Assembly: GCA_965232515.1 (NCBI GenBank)
Contig: CBDDPY010000002.1
Location: 736,001-800,000 of the forward strand
From: Alphaproteobacteria bacterium
GTDB taxonomy: Bacteria > Pseudomonadota > Alphaproteobacteria > GCA-2731375
Direction of reading: 5' to 3'
DNA: 64,000 nt
A model generated the notes under the pieces. The model worked only from the letters and a program-made list of their open reading frames with translations. It was not told where the DNA came from and searched no databases. Made by a program: the position numbers and the translations under genes. Shown here piece by piece: positions 32,871 through 44,007 of the stretch; the stretch's first letter is position 1, and the number at the start of each line of letters is the position of its first letter.

Positions 32871-34175
32871 TCAGGCCTCGCCGGTCTGGTCGTAAACGCA
32901 AGCACCGCCGACGATCGTGCGCCAGACCCGGCCCTGCACCGGTCGGCCGTCGAAGGGTGAATTCTTCGATTTGCTGCGGAACTTGTCCTCGTCGATCCGC
33001 CACGGCACGTCGGGATCGAACACCAGCATATCCGCCGGCGCCCCCGTTTCCAGCCTGCCGGTCGGCAGACCCAGATGTCGCGCCGGATTGATCGTCATCT
33101 TCGCGATCAGCTCGGGCAGGCCGAGATTGCCGTTGTGATACAGCTCCAGCGCCAGCGGCAGCAGCGTTTCCAGGCCGATGATGCCGCTTGCCGCCTGTTC
33201 GAACGGCAGCCGCTTGCTCTCGGCGTCCTCGGGCGTGTGGCTGGAGCAGATCACGTCGACCGTGCCGTCTGCCAACCCTTCGACCAGGCCGCGCCGGTCG
33301 TCCTCGCTGCGCAGCGGCGGATCCGTCTTGGCGAACGTTCTGTAATCGCCGACCGCGGTTTCATTGAGCGCGAAATTGTGCGGCGCAGCGGCGGCGCTGA
33401 CCGGCAGCTCGTTCGCCTTGGCCGTCCGCAGCGCGTCGATCGCCGCGCGCGTCGAGACCAGCGCCGCGTGATAGCGCCCGCCGGTCAGCTCCACCAGGCG
33501 CAGGTCGCGTTCGATCATCACCGTCTCGGCGCAGGCCGGGATGCCCGGCAAGCCGAGACGCATGGCGACCTCGCTCTCGTTCATGACACCGTCGCGGGCG
33601 AGCGCCGGCTCCTCGGGGTATTGTACGACCAGCAGCCCGAAGGTGGAGGCGTAGCTGAGTACCCGGCGCATCACCAGGGCATTCGACACGGCGCGGTCGC
33701 CGTCGCTGAATGCCACGGCGCCGGTTTCCGCCATCAGCCCGAGCTCCGTCATGGCCTTGCCCTCCAGGCCCTGACTGATCGCCGCCATCGGCAAGATTCG
33801 CACGGCGGTGGTTTCGCGCGCCCTGCGGGCGACATATTCGACCAGTGCCACGTTGTCGATGACGGGCTCGGTGTTGGGCATGGTGACGGCCGTGGTCACG
33901 CCGCCGGCCGCGGCCGCTTGTCCCAGGCTGGCGAGCGTCTCCTTGTGCTCGGCGCCGGGCTCGCCGCTGAACACCCGCATGTCGATCAGGCCCGGGCATA
34001 GCACGCGGCCGCCGCAGTCGACCCGCTCGATGCCGTCTGCCAGTTCCGCACCGGCCAGTTCCGACCCCAGATCGGCAATGACGCCGTCTTCGGTCAGCAG
34101 CCCGCCCGGCGCATCCAGACCGCTGGCCGGATCGAGCAGCCGGGCGTTCAGATAGGCGACGCGACGGCCGCTCAT
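32871..34175 (-). CDS. pyrC: Dihydroorotase-like protein (probably non-catalytic PyrC')
   Basis: [19 protein letters not shown] and SKSKNSPF; the HxH metal motif is replaced by DMRVF; ATG 34175 overlaps the pyrB stop. Confidence 0.9.
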   Translation of the reverse strand: MSGRRVAYLNARLLDPASGLDAPGGLLTEDGVIADLGSELAGAELADGIERVDCGGRVLCPGLIDMRVFSGEPGAEHKETLASLGQAAAAGGVTTAVTMPNTEPVIDNVALVEYVARRARETTAVRILPMAAISQGLEGKAMTELGLMAETGAVAFSDGDRAVSNALVMRRVLSYASTFGLLVVQYPEEPALARDGVMNESEVAMRLGLPGIPACAETVMIERDLRLVELTGGRYHAALVSTRAAIDALRTAKANELPVSAAAAPHNFALNETAVGDYRTFAKTDPPLRSEDDRRGLVEGLADGTVDVICSSHTPEDAESKRLPFEQAASGIIGLETLLPLALELYHNGNLGLPELIAKMTINPARHLGLPTGRLETGAPADMLVFDPDVPWRIDEDKFRSKSKNSPFDGRPVQGRVWRTIVGGACVYDQTGEA

Positions 34176-35149
34176 TGGGCGAGCGCAACCGGGCGGTTCG
34201 ACAGATGCCGCGACAGCAGGTCCAGGACCGCCATGCGGACCGCCACGCCCATTTCGACCTGTTCGCGGATGGCGCTGCGATGGATATCGTCCGCCACGTC
34301 GGGGTCGATCTCGACGCCCCGGTTCATCGGCCCGGGGTGCATGACCAGCGCGTCGGGTTTCGCGCAGGCCAGCTTTTCGCGATCGAGTCCGTAGAAATGA
34401 AAATATTCCCGGATCGACGGCACGAAAGCGCCCTTCATGCGCTCGGTCTGCAACCGCAGCATCATGACGATGTCGCAATCCGCAAGCCCGGCGCGCATGT
34501 CGTGATGCACCTCGACGCCCAGCCGCGCGACCTCGGCCGGCAGCAGGGTGGGTGGCGCGATGACCCGGACCCGCGCGCCCATGGTGTTCAACAGCAGGAT
34601 GTTCGAGCGCGCGACCCGGCTGTGCATGATGTCGCCGCAGATCGCCACGACGAGGCCGTTCAGGCGGCCGAGCCGCCGGCGGATCGTGAGCGCGTCGAGC
34701 AGGGCCTGGGTCGGGTGCTCGTGGCTGCCGTCGCCGGCATTGATGACCGAGCCGTCGACCTTCTGGCTCAACAGGTTGACGGCGCCGGAATCCGGATGCC
34801 GGACCACCAGCACGTCGGGGTGCATGGCGTTCAACGTCATCGCGGTGTCGATCAGGGTCTCGCCCTTTTTGATGGCCGAGGTGGCGACAGACATGTTGAT
34901 GACGTCGGCGCCGAGGCGTTTGCCCGCCAGCTCGAACGAGGTCCGGGTCCGGGTCGAGCTCTCGAAGAACAGGTTGATCTGGGTGCGGCCCCGAAGCAGC
35001 GACTGTTTCTTGTCGATCTGCCGGTTCTGGGCCACATAGTCTTCGGCCAGATCGAGGATGGCGATAATTTCAGCGGGGGACAGCCCCTCCATTCCCAATA
35101 GATGCCGGTGCGGAAAGTAGGGAATTTCGGGAGAGGGCGCGTCGCTCAT
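34172..35149 (-). CDS. pyrB: Aspartate carbamoyltransferase catalytic subunit
   Basis: [23 protein letters not shown] and MHPGPMNRG. Confidence 0.97.
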   Translation of the reverse strand: MSDAPSPEIPYFPHRHLLGMEGLSPAEIIAILDLAEDYVAQNRQIDKKQSLLRGRTQINLFFESSTRTRTSFELAGKRLGADVINMSVATSAIKKGETLIDTAMTLNAMHPDVLVVRHPDSGAVNLLSQKVDGSVINAGDGSHEHPTQALLDALTIRRRLGRLNGLVVAICGDIMHSRVARSNILLLNTMGARVRVIAPPTLLPAEVARLGVEVHHDMRAGLADCDIVMMLRLQTERMKGAFVPSIREYFHFYGLDREKLACAKPDALVMHPGPMNRGVEIDPDVADDIHRSAIREQVEMGVAVRMAVLDLLSRHLSNRPVALAQ

Positions 35150-35214
35150 TTAAAGGCGCATTGTATAAGCTCGTACCTGGCGGGACGCAAGCAGAGGTAA
35201 AGGGAGGCGATCGG

Positions 35215-35937
35215 ATGGCGCAGGCAGCTCAGGCAACATTGGGGCCGGATGGCCGTGTCGTCATGATTTCCGGCGCCAATCGGGGCATCGGGCTGGCCAT
35301 CGCCGAGCATCTGAACGATCTGGGTTATAGCCTGAGCCTGGGCGCCCGGCGGCCCGAATCGCTTGCCGGGTTCGCCGGCGACACCGTTCTGACACACCAG
35401 TTTGACGCCACCCGCGCCGCCGACGCCGCCGGCTGGGTCGAAGCGACGGTGGCGCGGTTCGGCCGTATCGACGCGCTGATCAATTGCGCCGGCATCCTGC
35501 ACGATGTCGGTCTGGACGACGGCGACGAGGCGCTGCTGGACGAGATGTGGGAGGTCAACGTCAAGGCGCCGTTCCGCCTCAGCCGTCTTTGCCTGCCCCA
35601 TCTGCGCAAGACCGGAACCGGCCGCATCGTCAACATGGTGTCGACGGCGGGCCTGCGCTTTCGCGGCGGTTCGGCGGGTTATGCCATCACCAAGTTCGCG
35701 ACCACGGGGCTGAGCCATGCCACGCGGTTCGCGGGCTGGGACGACGGCGTTCGCGTCACCGCGCTGTGCCCGGGACCGGTCGCGACCGACATGGGCATCG
35801 CCAACGTCGGGATGCCGGCCGAGGACATGACCCAGCCCGAAACCATGGCCGCTGTTGTGGCCATGCTGCTGTCGCTGCCGAACACGGCATCGGTTGTACA
35901 ATTGCCGGTGCACAGCATATTAGAACCAACGGTTTAG
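35215..35937 (+). CDS. Short-chain dehydrogenase/reductase
   Basis: SGANRGIG, INCAG and YAITK; GGAGG RBS before ATG 35215. Confidence 0.92.
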   Translation: MAQAAQATLGPDGRVVMISGANRGIGLAIAEHLNDLGYSLSLGARRPESLAGFAGDTVLTHQFDATRAADAAGWVEATVARFGRIDALINCAGILHDVGLDDGDEALLDEMWEVNVKAPFRLSRLCLPHLRKTGTGRIVNMVSTAGLRFRGGSAGYAITKFATTGLSHATRFAGWDDGVRVTALCPGPVATDMGIANVGMPAEDMTQPETMAAVVAMLLSLPNTASVVQLPVHSILEPTV

Positions 35938-35965
35938 ACGCGGCCGGACGGCAGGGAGCCGGCGG

Positions 35966-37900
35966 ATGACGCAAAGCGATGCGGTTGACGCGCCAGCGGG
36001 CGCGCCGACGGAAATAAGGGCCAAATCGGAAACCCAGCGGTCGTTTGGCGAATTGCCAAAGCGGTTCCGCCTGCCGATTTCAACGGTACTGCTGGTCGGG
36101 TTCGGCGGCCTGGTGCTGATCGCGGTCGCCAGCGTACTGATCCTGGGTTTCGCCAGCGCCACGAAGAACACGGTCGATCTGCTGCGCGAGGCGACCAACC
36201 AGCGGCTCGACGTTATCGAGGGGCATATTCGCGGTCAGATCGACCCGGCCCGGCGTTTCGGATTGGCGCTCGCCGACGAGATCGCCGGCGGGGGGATCGA
36301 TCCGAATGACACGGCACAGCTCGCCGACTTCATGCGCGGCGGGCTCAATGCCATGCCGCAGGTCATGGGCGTGCAGTATTTGCAATCGGACTTGAAGGCC
36401 TACGCCGCTGGTCGCTGGTTTGGACCGGACGAGATAATCGTCGTCGATCGCACGGAAGATATGTCGGGCGACGACCAACATCCGCACTTCGACTACATCA
36501 CCACCATCGATGGCCCGTACCGATACTATCTGATCTGGATCGCCGAGCTTGGCGAGACGCTGCTGAATCTTGATGTGCCGGTTCGCCGGCAAGATGAACT
36601 GATCGGCGGCGTCAGCGTCGTCATCAGCCTGAGCAGCCTGGGCGACTTCGTCGAGCAGCTCAACATTCCGGGCATGCAGGAGGCGCATGCCTTCATCCTC
36701 TATGGACAGGATCACGTCCTGGCGCACCACGCCATGCGACACAATCCCTGGCGCCCGGCGGACCCCAACCGCGACACCGACCCGTTCTCGACGCCGCTGC
36801 CGACCCGTGCCGACCTCAAGGACTATGCGTTGTCCCTGCTAAGGGACACCGACATCGACGAGGTCCTGACCGACGATAGCGGACAGGGTCAGTTCGGTGC
36901 GCTGCCCGAGGACGATCCGGAATTCGTCTTTCTCGGCCGAAAACTGACCGGCTATGGCGCGGAACCCTGGGTGATCGCCCAGCAATACCGGATCGAAGAT
37001 GTCGGGACGCCAATCGCTCGCCTGTTCCGCACCGGCACGGTGGGGTTGGTGATCCTGCTGGTCTCGGTCCTGGTGGCTTTGTTCATCGGCCGTCGGATCA
37101 CGCGTCAGGTGCAGACGCTGGCCGGCGCGGCCAACAGCCTGCGGTCGCTGGAGTTTGCGTCGGCGCCGACCATTCCGGATTCGCGGCTGCGCGAATTGGC
37201 GAACGCCGGACAGGCCTTCAACGCCATGGTCTCGGCCCTGCGCTGGTTCGAGATGTATGTCCCGAAGTCCCTGGTGCTGCGGCTGATGGGCGAGGGCGAC
37301 AGCGCCATCGTCAATTCGGCGGAACGGGATGTGACGGTGATGTTCACGGACATCCGGGGCTTCACGCCGTTGTCGCAGAGCATGTCGGCGAACCAGGTGG
37401 CGACGCTGCTGAACGAGCATTTCACGCTGCTGGCGCGCTGTATCGAGGCCGAGGGCGGCACCGTCGACAAGTATATCGGCGACAGCATCATGGCGTTCTG
37501 GGGCGCGCCGGAAGACCAGGCCGACCATGCGGCCCGCGCCGTGCGCGCGGCCGAAGCCATAGTACGCGAGATGGCGGCCGACAACGCCCGCCGCCGGGCG
37601 GCGAACGCGGGCGAGATCAAGATGCGGATCGGCATCAATTCCGGGCCGGCCGTCGTCGGCAATATCGGTTCGAGCAGCCGGATCAACTACACGCTGGTCG
37701 GCGAGACGGTGAACGTCGCTGAGCGTCTGGAGGGGCTCGGCAAGACCGTGCACAAGGACGAAGACGTGGTGGTCCTGCTCAGCGCTGCGACGGCTAACGC
37801 GGCCGGGCTGACGGACGAATTGATCCCGCTCGGTGATCACGAGCTGCGCGGACATGTCGGCGAGGTGACGGTCTATCGGCTGAAGACGCCGGAGATGTGA
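35966..37900 (+). CDS. Membrane class III adenylate cyclase (TM, periplasmic Cache-like, TM, HAMP, CHD)
   Basis: Two TM segments; FTDIRGFT, KYIGDS and NYTLVGETVNVAERLE. Confidence 0.9.
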   Translation: MTQSDAVDAPAGAPTEIRAKSETQRSFGELPKRFRLPISTVLLVGFGGLVLIAVASVLILGFASATKNTVDLLREATNQRLDVIEGHIRGQIDPARRFGLALADEIAGGGIDPNDTAQLADFMRGGLNAMPQVMGVQYLQSDLKAYAAGRWFGPDEIIVVDRTEDMSGDDQHPHFDYITTIDGPYRYYLIWIAELGETLLNLDVPVRRQDELIGGVSVVISLSSLGDFVEQLNIPGMQEAHAFILYGQDHVLAHHAMRHNPWRPADPNRDTDPFSTPLPTRADLKDYALSLLRDTDIDEVLTDDSGQGQFGALPEDDPEFVFLGRKLTGYGAEPWVIAQQYRIEDVGTPIARLFRTGTVGLVILLVSVLVALFIGRRITRQVQTLAGAANSLRSLEFASAPTIPDSRLRELANAGQAFNAMVSALRWFEMYVPKSLVLRLMGEGDSAIVNSAERDVTVMFTDIRGFTPLSQSMSANQVATLLNEHFTLLARCIEAEGGTVDKYIGDSIMAFWGAPEDQADHAARAVRAAEAIVREMAADNARRRAANAGEIKMRIGINSGPAVVGNIGSSSRINYTLVGETVNVAERLEGLGKTVHKDEDVVVLLSAATANAAGLTDELIPLGDHELRGHVGEVTVYRLKTPEM

Positions 37901-37906
37901 GCCGGG

Positions 37907-38821
37907 CTAACCGACGATCGCCAGCCAGAACGGAATAGTGACGAAGGCGCCCAGCAGCGTGCCGGTGACGATGCTGGCCATCAGCGTGGCGTCGCCGCCG
38001 TGCTGGCGGGCCTGGATATAGGTCACGGGCGAGACCGGCAGCGTCGCATAGATCAGGATGGCGATGGCGGCGACGCCGTCGATGCCGAACAGACGGCTGA
38101 CGCCGATCACGATCAGCGGCATGCCCATCAGGCGGATCAGGCAGGCGAGCGCGACCTTGCCGCCAGCCGCGCGCACGGCCGCGAAGTCGAGCCCGACGCC
38201 AACCGACAGCAGGCCCAGCGGCAGGGCGGCGCTGGCCAGGATCTTCAGGAACGGCTCCAGCGCCCAGGGCAGGCCGATGCCGAAACCGTTCAGCGCCAGT
38301 CCGACGACGATCGAGATGATGATCGGGTTCCGGGCGACGCCGACCAGCACGTCGCGCCAGCGCATGCGGCCGCCGCCGCCATACCTGACGAGCGCGATGA
38401 CGGAGACCGTGTTGGCGGTCGGCGTGACGAAGGCGATCACCAGGCTGAACAGCGCCAGGGCCTCGACGCCGTAGAGCGTCTGGGCGATGGCGAAGCCCGA
38501 ATAGGCATTGAAGCGGATGCCGCCCTGCACGAAGGACGAGAAGCCCGGCCCGTCGACCGGTAGCCAGCGACGGATCAGCAGCAGAACAGCCGTCATCGCC
38601 AAGACCGAGGTAATGGCGACGCCGCCGAACCGCAGCACCGAGACATCGCCGACTTCGCTGGTGGCGAGCGTGTGGATGATCAAGGCCGGGAACATCAGGT
38701 AGTAGACGACCCGGTCGAGCGCCGGCCAGAAGGCGTCGCCCGGAAAGCCGATGCGCTTCATGCCCCAGCCGAACACGATCAGGCCGAAAATCGGCGCCAG
38801 CGCGTAGAGCGTCGCCCCCAT
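37907..38821 (-). CDS. AEC (auxin efflux carrier) family transporter
   Basis: About 10 TM; VYYLMFPAL, FVQGGIRFN, RNPII and QHGGD motifs. Confidence 0.88.
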   Translation of the reverse strand: MGATLYALAPIFGLIVFGWGMKRIGFPGDAFWPALDRVVYYLMFPALIIHTLATSEVGDVSVLRFGGVAITSVLAMTAVLLLIRRWLPVDGPGFSSFVQGGIRFNAYSGFAIAQTLYGVEALALFSLVIAFVTPTANTVSVIALVRYGGGGRMRWRDVLVGVARNPIIISIVVGLALNGFGIGLPWALEPFLKILASAALPLGLLSVGVGLDFAAVRAAGGKVALACLIRLMGMPLIVIGVSRLFGIDGVAAIAILIYATLPVSPVTYIQARQHGGDATLMASIVTGTLLGAFVTIPFWLAIVG

Positions 38822-38839
38822 GGTCGATCGGGCCTGCGC

Positions 38840-39307
38840 CTAGGACCGCGTCAGGGCGTCGAGCAGGCCCTGCAGGATGTAGCTGGCGGCAAGCTTGTCG
38901 ACGACCTGGGCGCGCTGCTTGCGGCTGACGTCCATTTCCTTGACCAGCATGCGCTCGACGGCGGCCGTCGACAGGCGTTCGTCCCAGAACAGGATCGGAA
39001 TTTCCCTCTTTTTCAACAGGTTGTCGGCGAATGCGCGGGTTGCCTGGCAACGCGGACCCTCGCTGCCGTCCATATTGACCGGCAGGCCGATGACGAGGGC
39101 GCCGACATTCTCGGCGTCGATCACCTTGAGCAGCTTCTCGGCGTCCTGCGTAAATTTCGTGCGGCGGATGGTGTCGAAGGGGCTGGCGATGTTCCAGGTC
39201 GTGTCCGAGAGCGCCAGGCCGATGGTCCGGGTGCCGAGATCCAGGCCCAGCAGACGGCTGCCGGCGGGCGCCGTGGCGCGAAGGTCCTCAGGCTTGCCTA
39301 GCAACAT
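38840..39307 (-). CDS. ruvX: RuvX/YqgF pre-16S rRNA nuclease
   Basis: LGLDLGTRTIGLA, GLPVNMDGSEG, WDERLST and VDKLAASYILQ. Confidence 0.95.
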   Translation of the reverse strand: MLLGKPEDLRATAPAGSRLLGLDLGTRTIGLALSDTTWNIASPFDTIRRTKFTQDAEKLLKVIDAENVGALVIGLPVNMDGSEGPRCQATRAFADNLLKKREIPILFWDERLSTAAVERMLVKEMDVSRKQRAQVVDKLAASYILQGLLDALTRS

Positions 39308-39390
39308 GGCCGGTGATAGGTCTCGGACATCGGAAAACAGCGGGCGGCGAGGGGTTTCGCGGCCCGGATTTGTTCCGCGAAAGGTCGCAC

Positions 39391-39678
39391 ATGTCCGTGG
39401 ACAAAGCCACAGTGGCGCGCATCGCGCACCTCGCGCGCATCGGCGTGCCGGAAGATCAGCTCGAACCGCTGGTGGCCGAGTTGAACAACATCCTGACCTG
39501 GGTCGAGCAGCTGGACGAGCTGGACACGTCCGACGTGCCGCCGATGGCGAGCGTGCACGACGATCAGCTGCGTTGGCGGGTGGACGAGGTCAATGACGGC
39601 GGCATTCAGGACGATGTGACCCGCAATGCGCCGGACGGCGAGCGGGGCTTCTTCGCCGTGCCGAAGGTGGTCGAGTGA
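39391..39678 (+). CDS. gatC: Asp/Glu-tRNA amidotransferase subunit C
   Basis: [10 protein letters not shown] and FFAVPKVVE. Confidence 0.96.
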   Translation: MSVDKATVARIAHLARIGVPEDQLEPLVAELNNILTWVEQLDELDTSDVPPMASVHDDQLRWRVDEVNDGGIQDDVTRNAPDGERGFFAVPKVVE

Positions 39679-41159
39679 TGGCCGAGTTGACGGATCTCAC
39701 GATCGCCGAGGCCCGCGACGCGCTGGCGAAGGGCGAGACCTCGGCGCGCGAGCTGGCGGACAGCCACATCGATGCGATGGAAGCGGCCCGGTCGCTGAAC
39801 ATGTTCGTCACCGAAACGCCCGAACTGGCCCGCGCCATGGCCGCCGCCTCGGACGAGCGGCGGGCGAAGGGCGAGGTCGGGCTGATGGACGGCATCCCGA
39901 TCGGCATGAAGGACCTCTACTGCACCAAGGACGTGCTGACGACGGCCGGCAGCCATATCCTCGACGGCTTCAAACCGACCTACGAGTCGACGGTCAGCGC
40001 CAACCTCTGGCGCGAGGGCGCCGTCATGCTGGGCAAGACCAACATGGACGAGTTCGCCATGGGCTCGTCGAACGAGACCAGCTACCACGGCCCGGTGGCC
40101 AGTCCCTGGCGGCGCCAAGGCGACAACCGGCCGTTGGTGCCGGGCGGATCGTCGGGCGGCTCGGCGGCCGCCGTGGCGGCGCGCGTCGCCATGGCCGGCA
40201 CCGGTACCGACACCGGCGGCTCGATCCGCCAGCCGGCGTCGTTCGCCGGCATCGTCGGCTGCAAGCCGACCTACGGCCGCTGTTCGCGCTGGGGCGTCGT
40301 CGCCTTCGCGTCTTCGTTGGACCAGGCCGGGCCGATGACCCGCAGCGTGCGCGACGCGGCCATCATGCTGCGCGCCATGAGCGGCTTCGACCCGAAGGAC
40401 TCGACCAGCGCCGACAAGCCGGTGCCGGACTTCGAAGCGGCGATGACGGGCGATATCCGGGGCCTGAAGATCGGCATCCCGAACGAGTACCGCATCGACG
40501 GCATGCCGCCCGAGATCGAGACCCTGTGGCGGCAGGGCATCGACTGGATGCGCCAGGCCGGCGCGGAGATCGTCGATATCAGCATGCCGCACACGAAGTA
40601 TGCGCTGCCGACCTATTACATCGTCGCGCCGGCGGAGGCGTCCTCGAACCTGGCACGCTACGACGGCGTTCGCTACGGCCTGCGGGTGGACGGCGAGGAC
40701 CTGACGGCGATGTACGAGAACACCCGCGGCGCCGGCTTCGGACCGGAGGTGAGGCGGCGGGTGCTGATTGGCACCTACGTGCTGTCGGCGGGCTATTACG
40801 ACGCCTATTACCTGAAGGCGCAGAAGGTCCGGCGGCTGATCAAGCAGGACTTCGTCGACGCCTTCGCCAAGGTCGATGCGATCCTGACGCCGACCGCGCC
40901 GAGCGCCGCGTTCGCGGCGGGCGAGAAGGGCGACGATCCGATCGCCATGTACCTGAACGACGTCTTCACGGTCCCGGGCAGCCTGACGGGTCTGCCAGGC
41001 ATCTCGGTGCCGGCGGGACTGTCGGCGGACGACCTGCCGCTCGGCCTGCAGGTCCTGGCGCCGTCGTTCGACGAGGAAACCATGTTCCGGGTCGCGGGCG
41101 TGCTGGAGGAGGCGGCCGGCTTCGACCGCAAGCCCGACACCTGGTGGAGGGCGGCCTGA
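39678..41159 (+). CDS. gatA: Asp/Glu-tRNA amidotransferase subunit A
   Basis: [32 protein letters not shown] and SSNLARYDG. Confidence 0.98.
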   Translation: MAELTDLTIAEARDALAKGETSARELADSHIDAMEAARSLNMFVTETPELARAMAAASDERRAKGEVGLMDGIPIGMKDLYCTKDVLTTAGSHILDGFKPTYESTVSANLWREGAVMLGKTNMDEFAMGSSNETSYHGPVASPWRRQGDNRPLVPGGSSGGSAAAVAARVAMAGTGTDTGGSIRQPASFAGIVGCKPTYGRCSRWGVVAFASSLDQAGPMTRSVRDAAIMLRAMSGFDPKDSTSADKPVPDFEAAMTGDIRGLKIGIPNEYRIDGMPPEIETLWRQGIDWMRQAGAEIVDISMPHTKYALPTYYIVAPAEASSNLARYDGVRYGLRVDGEDLTAMYENTRGAGFGPEVRRRVLIGTYVLSAGYYDAYYLKAQKVRRLIKQDFVDAFAKVDAILTPTAPSAAFAAGEKGDDPIAMYLNDVFTVPGSLTGLPGISVPAGLSADDLPLGLQVLAPSFDEETMFRVAGVLEEAAGFDRKPDTWWRAA

Positions 41160-42625
41160 TGGCGGCGGGCAACGGAAAACTGATCGCCGGCGCGACCGGC
41201 GACTGGGAAATCGTCATTGGCCTGGAAGTGCATGCCCAGGTCGTCTCCGACGCCAAGCTGTTCTCGGGCGCGGCCACGGCCTTCGGCGCCGAGCCGAACA
41301 GCCAGGTCAGCCTGGTCGACGCGGCCATGCCCGGCATGCTGCCGGCGATCAACGAGATGTGCGTCGAACAGGCCGTGCGCACGGGCCTCGGCCTCAATGC
41401 CGAGATCAACCACTACTCGGTGTTCGACCGGAAGAACTACTTCTATCCCGACCTGCCGGCGGGCTATCAGATCTCGCAGTACAAGAACCCCATCGTGGGC
41501 CATGGCACCGTCGTCCTCGACCTGCCGGACGGCGAGACGCGCGAGGTCGGCATCGAGCGCCTGCACCTGGAGCAGGACGCCGGCAAGAGCTTGCACGACC
41601 AGCATCCCTCGATGACTTATGTGGACCTGAACCGGGCCGGCGTGGCGCTGATGGAGATCGTCTCGCAGCCGGACCTCAGGTCATCGGAAGAGGCCGGTAT
41701 CTATCTGCGCAAGCTGCGGGCGATCCTGCGCTATCTCGGCACCTGCGACGGCAACATGGAAGAAGGCAGCATGCGCGCCGACGTCAACGTGTCGGTGCGC
41801 CGGCCGAGCGAGCCGCTGGGGACGCGCTGCGAGATCAAGAACGTGAACTCGGTACGGTTCGTGCAGCAGGCGATCGAGTACGAGGCCCGCCGTCAGGTCG
41901 ACGTTATCGAGGACGGCGGCAGCATCGAGCAGGAGACGCGGCTGTTCGACACCGGCCGCGGAGAGACCCGGCCCATGCGCACCAAGGAAGAGGCACACGA
42001 CTATCGCTACTTCCCGGACCCCGACCTGCTGCCGCTTCAATTGACTCACGAGTTCGTCGACCGAATCCGCGCCTCGCTGCCGGAACTGCCGGACCAGAAG
42101 AAGCAGCGGTTTATGGACGAAATGGGCCTGTCGGCCTATGACGCAGGCGTCCTGGTGGCCGAGCGCGAGACGGCCGAATTCTTCGAGACCGTTGCCGATG
42201 GCCGCGACGCCAAGACGGCCGCCAACTGGGTCATGGGCGACCTCTTCGGCCTGTTGAACAAGGCAGGGCTGACGATCACCGAGGCGCCGATTACCGCCGC
42301 GCAGCTCGGTGGCTTGCTCGATCTGATCGCGGACGGGACCATTTCCGGCCGCATTGCCAAGGACGTGTTCGTCGAGATGTTCGCAAGCGGCAAGGACGCT
42401 GATGTGATCGTCGACGAGAAGGGCCTCAAGCAGGTCTCGGACACGGGCGAGATCGAAGGCCTTGTCGACCAAGTGATGGCCGAGAACGACGACAAGGTGG
42501 CCCAGTTCCGCAGCGGCAAGGAGGCGGTGCTGGGCTGGTTCGTCGGCCAGATCATGAAGGCGACCAAGGGCCAGGCCAACCCGCAGGTGGTGAACGAGGT
42601 GCTGCGCCGGAAGCTTTCGGGTTGA
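41159..42625 (+). CDS. gatB: Asp/Glu-tRNA amidotransferase subunit B
   Basis: [18 protein letters not shown] and [10 protein letters not shown]; true ATG at 41159. Confidence 0.98.
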   Translation: MAAGNGKLIAGATGDWEIVIGLEVHAQVVSDAKLFSGAATAFGAEPNSQVSLVDAAMPGMLPAINEMCVEQAVRTGLGLNAEINHYSVFDRKNYFYPDLPAGYQISQYKNPIVGHGTVVLDLPDGETREVGIERLHLEQDAGKSLHDQHPSMTYVDLNRAGVALMEIVSQPDLRSSEEAGIYLRKLRAILRYLGTCDGNMEEGSMRADVNVSVRRPSEPLGTRCEIKNVNSVRFVQQAIEYEARRQVDVIEDGGSIEQETRLFDTGRGETRPMRTKEEAHDYRYFPDPDLLPLQLTHEFVDRIRASLPELPDQKKQRFMDEMGLSAYDAGVLVAERETAEFFETVADGRDAKTAANWVMGDLFGLLNKAGLTITEAPITAAQLGGLLDLIADGTISGRIAKDVFVEMFASGKDADVIVDEKGLKQVSDTGEIEGLVDQVMAENDDKVAQFRSGKEAVLGWFVGQIMKATKGQANPQVVNEVLRRKLSG

Positions 42626-43068
42626 GCGGCGTGACGAGCGACGACGCCGACCACCAGGCCATCTGGGCGTTCTTCGCCGAGTGGGGCGGGTACGTGGCGG
42701 CGGTCGATTTCGAATCGGCCCGGCCATTGTTCGATGATGGCGTGATCGGCTTCGGCACCTTCATGGACACGGTCGTCGGCCTCGACAATCTGGAACGCGG
42801 GCAGTGGCGGTCGATCTGGCCGACCATCGAGGACTTCCGCTTCAACCTCGACAGCCTGAAATGCGTCGTCGCGCCGGACCGCCTGATGGCGATGGGCGCG
42901 ATCACCTGGAGTTCGACCGGCATCGCCGAGAACGGCGACCGCTTCGACCGGCCGGGCCGTGCCACCGTCGTCTTCAAGCGCGCCGACGTCGGCCAGCCCT
43001 GGCGCGGCGTGCACACGCATTTCTCGCTAAATCCAGGTACGCCGCAGCGTTCCTACGGCGGCGCCTGA
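42622..43068 (+). CDS. SnoaL/NTF2-like protein
   Basis: RPGRATVVF...[10 protein letters not shown], typical of the NTF2-like C-terminus. Confidence 0.78.
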   Translation: MSGVTSDDADHQAIWAFFAEWGGYVAAVDFESARPLFDDGVIGFGTFMDTVVGLDNLERGQWRSIWPTIEDFRFNLDSLKCVVAPDRLMAMGAITWSSTGIAENGDRFDRPGRATVVFKRADVGQPWRGVHTHFSLNPGTPQRSYGGA

Positions 43069-43111
43069 CGCGCTATACTCGCACCCGATCCGCAACGCGA
43101 GGGAGGAAGCA

Positions 43112-43543
43112 ATGAGCGTGGCAACGAGCGACGACGAACGCGGCGAGACCACGATGTCTGGCTGGCACAAGGGCAAGCTGCACATCAGCCACGACAACGA
43201 AGAGGCCTATGACGGCGGCCTGCGGGAGTACTTCGAGTACCGCGATCTCGGCATGGTCGAAGCCACGGGCGGCAAGATCCGGGCGCACGTCATTCGGCCG
43301 AACGCGCCGTGCAAGGAATCCGGCGACCTGCACTACCACACGCTCGACTTTCAGATGGTCTACGTGCTGAAGGGCTGGGCGCGGGTCTATTTCGAGGGCA
43401 CGGGCGAGGTCATGTTCAAGGAGGGCACCTGCATGTATCAGGAGCCGGGCATCCATCACCGCGTCATCGAGTGGTCGGACGACTACACGGTCATCGAGAT
43501 CACCAGTCCGGCCGACTTCGACACGGTCTCGATCGCGCCCTGA
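43112..43543 (+). CDS. Cupin domain protein
   Basis: HYHTLDFQMVYVLKGW, PGIHH and EITSPADF. Confidence 0.88.
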   Translation: MSVATSDDERGETTMSGWHKGKLHISHDNEEAYDGGLREYFEYRDLGMVEATGGKIRAHVIRPNAPCKESGDLHYHTLDFQMVYVLKGWARVYFEGTGEVMFKEGTCMYQEPGIHHRVIEWSDDYTVIEITSPADFDTVSIAP

Positions 43544-43547
43544 CGCC

Positions 43548-44006
43548 GTGCCGGAACTGTCGTCGGAATTCCTGTTCGAGCTGCGCATCGAGCTCGAAGG
43601 TTCGCACATCGTCGGCCAGACGCCGATGGGCCTCAGGCGCATGGATTATTTCACCGGCGGTCATGTGAAGGGGCCGCGCGTCAATGGCGTGATCCTGCCC
43701 GGTGGATCCGATGTCCTGACGGGCCGGGCCGACGGTGCCATGCTGCCTGACGTGCGGCTGACGGTGGAGACCGACGACGGCGCGCTGATTTACGTGAACT
43801 ACCGTGGCATCCGCTGTGGGCCCGAGGATGTGATGGCGCGCATCGCCGCGGGCGAGGAGGTGCCGCCGGATTCGTATTACCTGCGCAACGCGCCGTTCTA
43901 TGAGACGGCCGACGAACGGTATGCCTGGCTGAACGAGATCCTGTCGGTCGGCGTCGGCCGACGGCTGCCGGGCGCGGCGGTCTACGACGTGTTCCGGATT
44001 CTCTGA
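43548..44006 (+). CDS. DUF3237 family protein
   Basis: GQTPMGLRR, GPRVNGVILPGGSD, ETDDGALI, PFYET and YAWLN. Confidence 0.88.
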   Translation: MPELSSEFLFELRIELEGSHIVGQTPMGLRRMDYFTGGHVKGPRVNGVILPGGSDVLTGRADGAMLPDVRLTVETDDGALIYVNYRGIRCGPEDVMARIAAGEEVPPDSYYLRNAPFYETADERYAWLNEILSVGVGRRLPGAAVYDVFRIL

Positions 44007-44007
44007 C

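Noticed and set aside
39626-42625. 999-aa ORF in the track
   Set aside because: It is gatB extended upstream through a stop-free alternative frame of gatA; the real ATG at 41159 overlaps the gatA stop
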